A stretch of 64,000 bases of DNA from Alphaproteobacteria bacterium (lineage in GTDB: Bacteria > Pseudomonadota > Alphaproteobacteria > UBA7887), in NCBI GenBank assembly GCA_965216755.1, contig CBDCGL010000011.1, positions 2,912,001 to 2,976,000 of the forward strand, written 5' to 3'. The notes under the pieces were generated by a model that worked only from the letters and a program-made list of their open reading frames with translations, searched no databases and was not told the origin of the DNA. The translations under genes were made by a program, and so were the position numbers. Shown here piece by piece: positions 57,557 through 64,000 of this stretch. Each line of letters starts with the position of its first letter. Within the stretch, counting starts at the first letter, position 1.

Positions 57557-59068
57557 CTAGGCGGTACGGACGTAACCATAGCGCTTGTTGCTCGGGGCAC
57601 CGCCGGCCTCGCGATAATTGTGCGCGAGTTGTGCCAGCTTGTCCTCTGAGAAGTCCGGCAGATCAGGCATGTTGGTGGCGGAATCCATCGCCAAGCCGTA
57701 AATCCGCGCCGAGTTGAGGCCGAAGATCGCCTGTTTGGTCAGGCTGTTCGGGCCACCAAGCGACGGCAGGCCGTATTTCTCTTGCATGTCTTCCGGAACC
57801 TCGAGGCGACGCATGGCTTCGATCTGCCACTGCGGCGAGCCATACCAGACGGTGTCACTACCCCAGACGACATGATCGGCACCCATGCCGTTGACCAGCG
57901 TACCGATGAACGCAGCCGAGAAGCGCGGATGAGCGACCGCCGAATTGGCAAACGTCGATCCCAGCTCAGCGTAAACATTGGACACGCCGAATTCTTCGGG
58001 GATGCGCGCCAAGTCGCTGGCCCATTTGATGTCGCCGGTTTGTTCGAATTCCGCCCACGCTTGGTCCGGCAATTCGAGGAACGGCCGCAGCGCCGCGTGA
58101 TATTGGACGAAGTTCATTTCCGGCCAATCTTGCGCGGCCTTGCCGACGTCCCACACGGTCGCGTATTCCCACACGCCCTTGAACGATTGCTCGTAATCCG
58201 GCGGCAACAGACCTTTATGTGTACAGATCGTGTTGATGCCCGCCTTCAACGCCTTTTCGTAGAAAGGATACATCAGTTCTTCGTCGTCCAGCCGCCACGG
58301 GTATTTCGATGGCGAGAGCGGATCACCGATCGTGTAAGACTTCCACGAATCCGGCTTATATTGCTCGATGGCACGATCGACTTCATCCATCCAGCCATCT
58401 TGACCCGGCGTGATCACCGAATGACCGAGCATGCGGCGTGTGCCGGCGAAATCATTGACCATGTCGCGGGCGGCGACGATCTGATCATTGTACAACAGAT
58501 ACCAGGTCGGATCGTCGAACGGCGCGCCGCTCAACAACGCCATGGTGGTGTCACTGTTGTACCAAAGTTCACGAACATAGTTTTCGAACTTATAGCGGGT
58601 CAGTGACAGACCTTCTTCCTTGAGCTTTGGATTCCAATGCTCGGCGGCGAATTCACCAAGGCCGAGGATCGCCTCATGAGCAAAATCATCGCGCAGGAAG
58701 TGGGTCTGATCGTCAAAAATGAACTGCCCGGCCAACGCATTGGCCCGCTCCAACATCATTTCCGGGTCGCGCGCTTCGGCTTCTGAGACTTGGAACGTGT
58801 TGGTTCCGTAAATCTCTTTCATGGCCAAGAACGCCGTGGCCATACCGCAGCTGGTCTGCAGGAACTGTCGCCGCGACATGCCGAGATGTTTGGCATTCTC
58901 GTCGGCCAATTCTTTTATGCGCGCTTCGACTTGCTTTTGTTTCGGACTTTGCTTCGGCGGCAGATACTCACCGTTCGATACGATTTGTGTCGGCACCGGT
59001 GAATCGAACTCAAGGTTCTCCGCGCCGTCGACCAACCGCCGTTCTCGTTCGCTTAGCCAGTTAGACAC
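57557..59068 (-). CDS. amidohydrolase family protein (Amidohydro_2-like) with internal twin-arginine motif
   Basis: FDDQTH, CTHKG, QYH and WGSD metal-ligand positions; SRRQFL at about residue 65; GGGAGGAG RBS. Confidence 0.85.
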   Translation of the reverse strand: MSNWLSERERRLVDGAENLEFDSPVPTQIVSNGEYLPPKQSPKQKQVEARIKELADENAKHLGMSRRQFLQTSCGMATAFLAMKEIYGTNTFQVSEAEARDPEMMLERANALAGQFIFDDQTHFLRDDFAHEAILGLGEFAAEHWNPKLKEEGLSLTRYKFENYVRELWYNSDTTMALLSGAPFDDPTWYLLYNDQIVAARDMVNDFAGTRRMLGHSVITPGQDGWMDEVDRAIEQYKPDSWKSYTIGDPLSPSKYPWRLDDEELMYPFYEKALKAGINTICTHKGLLPPDYEQSFKGVWEYATVWDVGKAAQDWPEMNFVQYHAALRPFLELPDQAWAEFEQTGDIKWASDLARIPEEFGVSNVYAELGSTFANSAVAHPRFSAAFIGTLVNGMGADHVVWGSDTVWYGSPQWQIEAMRRLEVPEDMQEKYGLPSLGGPNSLTKQAIFGLNSARIYGLAMDSATNMPDLPDFSEDKLAQLAHNYREAGGAPSNKRYGYVRTA

Positions 59069-59343
59069 GTCTTCTCTCCTCCCAAAGTGACATCACAGAT
59101 CATTACTCTTGGACGCTATAAACGCGGCCCACATCGTGCCCTTTTGAAGGTAACGCCGTCAAAACAAAAAAACGGTGGCGCGATGACCGTTTAGCGCGCC
59201 CGGGACTTGCAGAATGGTTCAATATGGTCTGAAAGTGCGCTAGTGTCGCCCACCTGCGCCGGGCGCAGGAACGCATGGCCGTGGCATAGGTGTCTCAATC
59301 GACGCGGCGGTCTTAAGCGGCGACATGAACGTGGGGCGAGGGT

Positions 59344-61566
59344 GTGACGAGGCAAGCGCGTACGGCGCGGCCCGCAAGGTGGGGCGCGCTTTTTGTTGCG
59401 ATGTGCGTGGCCGTGGCCGGACTGGTCATGCCGACCAGTCCCACGGCTTCGGCGCAAGAAGCTGAAGAATCCTATCCGGTGCCGCTGGCCACCTGGACCA
59501 ATCCGACCACCGGCGCCGCATGGCTCAACTTGGATCTGGTCCAAGCACTGTTTCCCGAAGCCGACGATGTGGGCACGATCGAAAACGACCCGCGCGTGGC
59601 GCCGGTATACGCCAACCGCATTCTGCAAGGTTATACATTTATCACCCGCGACATCACGGAATCGCTGGGTTTTTCATCCTTACCTTTTACCATCGCGGTC
59701 GGTTTGCGGCTTGATGGCACCCTGTCGGGCGCCAGGGTCAAAGAGCATCAAGAGCCGATTATCGATCTGTACATGATCGAAAACACGATCCCCGCCTTTG
59801 CCGACCAATATACAGGCATCGATATCCGCACGCCGGTGCGTGTGCGCCTGACCAAAACACAAGACGCCGGCACGGTCGACGGCATCACGTCGGCGACCGT
59901 CAGTGCGGTTTTGTTCAACGAAGCGATTTTGCGCGCGGCGCGGCTGGTGGCATTGGCCAAGGGTATACGTCTGCATGATCAACCTGTGATGGATATCGTC
60001 GGCTATCGCCCAGCCGGATTCGCGTCGCTGGTTGCCGATGGCACTATCGGGCGCATGCGAATCAGCAAGGATGCGGCGCGCACGGCCGGCGTTGCCGCGC
60101 CCGACTTGTCGCATGATGGCATGGGCAACGATCTCTACATCTATGCCCACGAACGCGACAGCGGCGCCAAGTCGCAACCCACTTTTCCTGATGACTTGGT
60201 GATCGATCTTTATGCGGGCCCCGTCATGGTGCCGACCATCGGTCGGAATCTGCTTGGCGACAAATGGTACGATTTGTTCGTCAGTGGGCGCGATCCAAAC
60301 GCGCTCATGCTGGGGATCATGACCATAGGCCCCTATTCGATCGATGGCGAAAAGCATCTTTCCAGTGGTCCGTTCAGTCGCCTACAGCTTCGCCAAGACG
60401 GCAAGGAATGGCCGCTAACCAAGGACAATTATCGTTATTTGGGCTTCCTGCACGGCACGGACAAACCCCGCTTCGCCGAAATCGGGTTGTTCTGGGTGCC
60501 CGTTGAAAGTGGTATAGATCCGGTCCGCCCGTGGACGTTGCGCCTGTTGGTTGAAAGCGCGGTCGATGGCGCATCGGCGCCATTTGAGCTCACCTATGCG
60601 TTGGGCGACGAGTTCATATTGCAGCCGACCGGGATCGACAATGTCGTGTCAGCAGACAATACACCATTGTGGATGTCGGCGTGGCATTCACAAACCACCA
60701 ACATCGCGATATTGGCGGCGCTTCTGATCATCTTAACGATCATCTTGGTCAACATGGATGCGTTGGCGAAAAAGCCGCGTTGGCTGCAGGCGACACGTTT
60801 GTCCTTCTTGGCGGTCGTCCTTGTCTGGATGGGCTGGTATGCGGGCGCTCAACTCACCATCATCAATGTATTGACGTGGGTGCAGTCGCTGGTCACGGGG
60901 ACCGGTTTGACCGTGTTCTTGTCCGACCCCTTAATCGTTGTATTGGTCGGCTTCGTCCTGGTGACGTTCTTCATTTGGGGGCGCGGTATCTTTTGCGGTT
61001 GGCTGTGCCCATTCGGCGCTTTGCAGGAACTGCTCGGCAAGGCCGCCCAGGCGCTTGGGGTGCGCCAAATCAGTTTGAGCAACCGCGCGCATCAATGGCT
61101 TTGGCCGGTCAAATACGTCGTCTTGCTCGGGTTGGTCGGTTTGTCATTCTATTCCTTGACGATCGCCAACACAGCCGCGGAAGTTGAACCGTTTAAGACC
61201 GCCATCTCACTTCGCTTCGCGCGCGACTGGCCATATGTGGTCTATGCGCTGACCTTGCTGGCGATCGGGCTGACCATCGAACGCGCTTTTTGCCGGTTTT
61301 TGTGTCCGCTGGGCGCTGCGATGGCGATCGGTGGTCGGCTGCGCATACCGCGTTTGCTGAAACGACGCGAGGCGTGTGGTTCACCCTGCCAACTGTGTGC
61401 GCGGCGCTGTCCGATCAACGCCATAAAGCCGGATGGCCAAATCAAAATGGACGAGTGCTTTTATTGCCTGGATTGCCAAGTGCTGTATCACGACCAGCAT
61501 GTTTGCCCGCCATTGGTGCAGTCGGCCAGACGTTCGACACGCAAAACCGTGTCCCAGGCCGCTTGA
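59344..61566 (+). CDS. NosR/NirI-like membrane protein, copy 2
   Basis: Signal peptide; GFS..P..HQEPI; VDGITSATVS; FCGWLCPFGALQE; FCRFLCPLG; CGSPCQLCARRCP; CFYCLDC..CPP. Confidence 0.87.
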   Translation: MTRQARTARPARWGALFVAMCVAVAGLVMPTSPTASAQEAEESYPVPLATWTNPTTGAAWLNLDLVQALFPEADDVGTIENDPRVAPVYANRILQGYTFITRDITESLGFSSLPFTIAVGLRLDGTLSGARVKEHQEPIIDLYMIENTIPAFADQYTGIDIRTPVRVRLTKTQDAGTVDGITSATVSAVLFNEAILRAARLVALAKGIRLHDQPVMDIVGYRPAGFASLVADGTIGRMRISKDAARTAGVAAPDLSHDGMGNDLYIYAHERDSGAKSQPTFPDDLVIDLYAGPVMVPTIGRNLLGDKWYDLFVSGRDPNALMLGIMTIGPYSIDGEKHLSSGPFSRLQLRQDGKEWPLTKDNYRYLGFLHGTDKPRFAEIGLFWVPVESGIDPVRPWTLRLLVESAVDGASAPFELTYALGDEFILQPTGIDNVVSADNTPLWMSAWHSQTTNIAILAALLIILTIILVNMDALAKKPRWLQATRLSFLAVVLVWMGWYAGAQLTIINVLTWVQSLVTGTGLTVFLSDPLIVVLVGFVLVTFFIWGRGIFCGWLCPFGALQELLGKAAQALGVRQISLSNRAHQWLWPVKYVVLLGLVGLSFYSLTIANTAAEVEPFKTAISLRFARDWPYVVYALTLLAIGLTIERAFCRFLCPLGAAMAIGGRLRIPRLLKRREACGSPCQLCARRCPINAIKPDGQIKMDECFYCLDCQVLYHDQHVCPPLVQSARRSTRKTVSQAA

Positions 61567-61670
61567 TCGCGGGGTTCTCATGCTTGCCAGCCATGGTGGC
61601 GCGGTTTCGTCGATTCGGATATTAAGGTGACGAAAGCGGTGAGACCGGTCTAAGGGGACAACCGAAGATC

Positions 61671-62441
61671 ATGAACGGACCCGACCATTCGTTGATCTTT
61701 AAGTGGATCCTGGGCAATTCCTTTGCGGGGTTCGGACTTTTTATTGCGTGGCAGCAAGGCTGGCTGTCGCTGGTGGTTGCGAGTGACGCGAGCTATCTAA
61801 GCGTCGTCATGACCGCGATTTTCCTCATTTTTTGGGCCCTGAGCACGTATAAGGCGATCAGCCTGAACCGCGAGGTCAATCGGTTTCGCGCGGGCGCACC
61901 ACACGGGGTCGCCGCCGATTACATGTCCAAAATCCGGCGCGTTGCGGCGCAATCACATGGCGCCAAAGTCGACCAGGCGACGTTCGCCAACAATCTTCAG
62001 GCGCATTTGCTGCTGGCCATACAGCCGGTCAATTTTACCGCGAACTTGCTTATCCTGCTTGGTCTCATCGGCACTGTGATTGGTTTTGTTATCGCCGTTG
62101 GTGGCTTGGGCGACGCGTTGACCGGCGGCGATGGTCCCGAACGCGTGCGCGCCGTCCTCGCCCAAATCGTCAATGGCATGGGCGTGGCGTTGTTCACAAC
62201 CCTGGTCGGCAGCATCCTCGGCGGAATCTGGCTTCAGTTGCACTATCAACTTCTGTTTCGCACCAGCGCCCGTTTGGCACTGGAGATCGTTGAACATGCG
62301 GAGCTCGCAATTCTGCGCGACATGTCGTCGCCAGCCCCGGACACGTTGGCCGAGGCGCGCGACAATTGGTCGGTATCCAGCGCCAAAGCGGCCGGCCAGG
62401 TCGCGGGCGGCGAGCGCATTGCGCGAACTATGGTCCGCTGA
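61671..62441 (+). CDS. MotA/TolQ/ExbB proton-channel family protein
   Basis: LGLIGTVIGF and GMGVALFTTLVG hairpin signature; two N-terminal hydrophobic segments. Confidence 0.85.
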   Translation: MNGPDHSLIFKWILGNSFAGFGLFIAWQQGWLSLVVASDASYLSVVMTAIFLIFWALSTYKAISLNREVNRFRAGAPHGVAADYMSKIRRVAAQSHGAKVDQATFANNLQAHLLLAIQPVNFTANLLILLGLIGTVIGFVIAVGGLGDALTGGDGPERVRAVLAQIVNGMGVALFTTLVGSILGGIWLQLHYQLLFRTSARLALEIVEHAELAILRDMSSPAPDTLAEARDNWSVSSAKAAGQVAGGERIARTMVR

Positions 62442-62451
62442 CTGATCCGCC

Positions 62452-63048
62452 ATGACACCCGTGCTGAATGCCCTCAAGGGCGATACCGAATCAGCCGGCG
62501 TCGCATTTCGCGACGTCTTGTTTCTGATGGTGTTGAGCCTGGTCATCGTCATTTTCCTCATCTCTCTGTTGATCAACCCGCAAGAGGAGGAAGAGGCACC
62601 GCTGCGCACCGATATCGTGATCGAGGCGATGTGGCCGAGTGGCGAGGCGCATGATATCGACCTTTGGGCAATGGGGCCCGACGAGGTTCCGGTCGGATGG
62701 GGACTCAGCTCTGCCGGGCCGTCGCTCAATCTGGAACGCGATGACCGGGGCATCATTAACGACGCCACGACACTGAATTACGAGATCATCACCGTGCGGG
62801 ACAAGACGCCTGGCGAGTATCTTATCAACCTTCACCTTTACAATGAGTTTGAAAGTGTCTTGCCGGTGCCCGTGACGGTTAAAGTCACCGGTCGCGGCGG
62901 CCTCGGCGAGATCTTTTCCGGTGAAGTCAGAATCAATGAACGCAAACAAGAGGTGACGGTTGTCCGGTTTCGGCTCGACGAAGACGGCAATCTGGTCGAA
63001 GACAGCATCAACGACATGTTCAAATGTATTCTCTGTCGAAGGGGATGA
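62452..63048 (+). CDS. single-TM Asp-containing partner (MotB/ExbD-like TM) with YfaP/DUF2135-like periplasmic domain
   Basis: FRDVLF at the TM start; W....DIDLW..PD, LERDD.G, N.E, PGEY.INLH.Y. Confidence 0.7.
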   Translation: MTPVLNALKGDTESAGVAFRDVLFLMVLSLVIVIFLISLLINPQEEEEAPLRTDIVIEAMWPSGEAHDIDLWAMGPDEVPVGWGLSSAGPSLNLERDDRGIINDATTLNYEIITVRDKTPGEYLINLHLYNEFESVLPVPVTVKVTGRGGLGEIFSGEVRINERKQEVTVVRFRLDEDGNLVEDSINDMFKCILCRRG

Positions 63049-63076
63049 CCGGTGACGGTGCGGGCGAGCTGATGTT

Positions 63077-63502
63077 ATGGACGCGACCGTCATTCTGATC
63101 CCGGCACTGTGCGCCGCGGCGGTTACATTTTTACTTGCGATGCTATTTATCGAGTGGCGTCGCCACTGGTTCGGATATTGTTTGCTGTTTGGGCTTGCGA
63201 CGACGGCGCTTGGGCTACCCCTCTACGCCATGCGCGATGTGTTGGGCTTGCCGGATCCGGCCCCGGCCGGTGGGACTTACGAGCTGGTTGGATGGAAGAA
63301 CGACGAGTACGCCGATCAGTCATATCTCTTTGTCGCGCGCGAGGGCGAAGTCGTCCCGCGACATTTCGCGGTTGCATTTGATATGGAAAGCGCTTTGCAG
63401 TTGCATCGCTTGGCGGAAAGCGTGGACAGGCTTGATCGCGTGCGAATCTCCATTGAAAGAGGTCAAAATGGTGACACGATTTTCGTCCCGTCGCGCAAAT
63501 AG
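63077..63502 (+). CDS. small 2-TM hypothetical protein, paralogue A
   Basis: Two N-terminal TMs; LP.YA...LG.P.P and PRHF.V motifs shared with the next gene. Confidence 0.7.
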   Translation: MDATVILIPALCAAAVTFLLAMLFIEWRRHWFGYCLLFGLATTALGLPLYAMRDVLGLPDPAPAGGTYELVGWKNDEYADQSYLFVAREGEVVPRHFAVAFDMESALQLHRLAESVDRLDRVRISIERGQNGDTIFVPSRK

Positions 63503-63589
63503 GCGACCTGGCTTGCGTGAGAACGAGCCTATGACCGTTTTGGTGACGACGCGTGATGGGCGCCGACAGCATCATGCGGTGCGACGACC

Positions 63590-64000
63590 GTGAGTCATCT
63601 CATCCTTTACGGCCTGTTTGCCGCGCTGGTGTGTTTCTTGGTCGTTGCCGTTATGACCCGATCACGGCGGCTGCGGACACTCGCGGTGATGGCCGGCGCG
63701 GTCGCACTTTGGCTGCCGTATTTTGCTTTGACCCATGCGCTCGGCAATCCCAATCCGTTCCCGCCAACCGGGAACTTTCAGCTGTTGGCGTCACGTATAG
63801 ATCAAGCCAATGGCGATTGGTACATCCTGATTGACGGATATCGGCAAGCGGGCCCACCGCGCTCGTTTGTCGTGCCACTCCCCGATGTGCATGAGCGCGA
63901 TCTGCCTCGGGGGTCGCCATACGATCCGGCCGACGTTTTCTTGTCGCGCGGTGCGGGCGGCGCGATGGAATTGTTAGAGGTCGACTATTATCCGCCCGAC
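63590..64000 (+). CDS. small 2-TM hypothetical protein, paralogue B (3'-truncated; absent from the ORF track)
   Basis: GTG 63590 opens MSHLILYGLFAALVCFLVVAV...WLPYFALTHALGNPNPFPPTGNFQLL...WYILI...PPRSFVVP, with no stop before the window end. Confidence 0.7.
   Translation, partial: MSHLILYGLFAALVCFLVVAVMTRSRRLRTLAVMAGAVALWLPYFALTHALGNPNPFPPTGNFQLLASRIDQANGDWYILIDGYRQAGPPRSFVVPLPDVHERDLPRGSPYDPADVFLSRGAGGAMELLEVDYYPPD

Noticed and set aside
54494-61566. Calling this a nos or nir denitrification cluster
   Set aside because: No nosZ, nosDFYL or nirS in the window; only NosR-like architecture is supported.
61671-63048. Zorya (zorAB) or flagellar motAB
   Set aside because: No long ZorA tail, no recognisable OmpA-like domain in the B subunit, and no zorC/D/E or flagellar genes in view.

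Overview
GC-rich, gene-dense bacterial chromosome segment. Gene content (ialB-rlmN, nnrU, yccA, NosR-like proteins) suggests an alphaproteobacterium, which is an inference. The first ~44 kb is mostly metabolic and housekeeping. It holds the ilvD 3' end and a beta-oxidation operon headed by an acyltransferase-lipase fusion. It also holds an EctD-like dioxygenase/hydratase/paired acyl-CoA dehydrogenase operon, a GMC oxidoreductase with a Tat partner, prpE, ybbAP/tesA, scoAB, rlmN and argG. tRNA-Arg(CCT) is bracketed by two AT-rich long palindromic elements. Downstream of tRNA-Ala(CGC) lies an accessory region: an IS481-like end remnant, iorAB flanked by two oppositely oriented class III cyclase-TPR paralogues (one frameshifted), and secreted orphans. 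The best candidate for an undescribed system is 53.9-64 kb. It has two NosR-like FMN/FeS membrane proteins with non-canonical flavinylation motifs and no nosZ/nirS in the window, each divergent from exported proteins (an 8-Cys protein; an RR-motif amidohydrolase plus a secreted partner). These are followed by a MotA/ExbB-like gene, an Asp-TM partner with a YfaP/DUF2135-like domain, and two paralogous small membrane proteins. The cluster runs off the right edge. All family calls come from motif recognition by eye; no searches were run.
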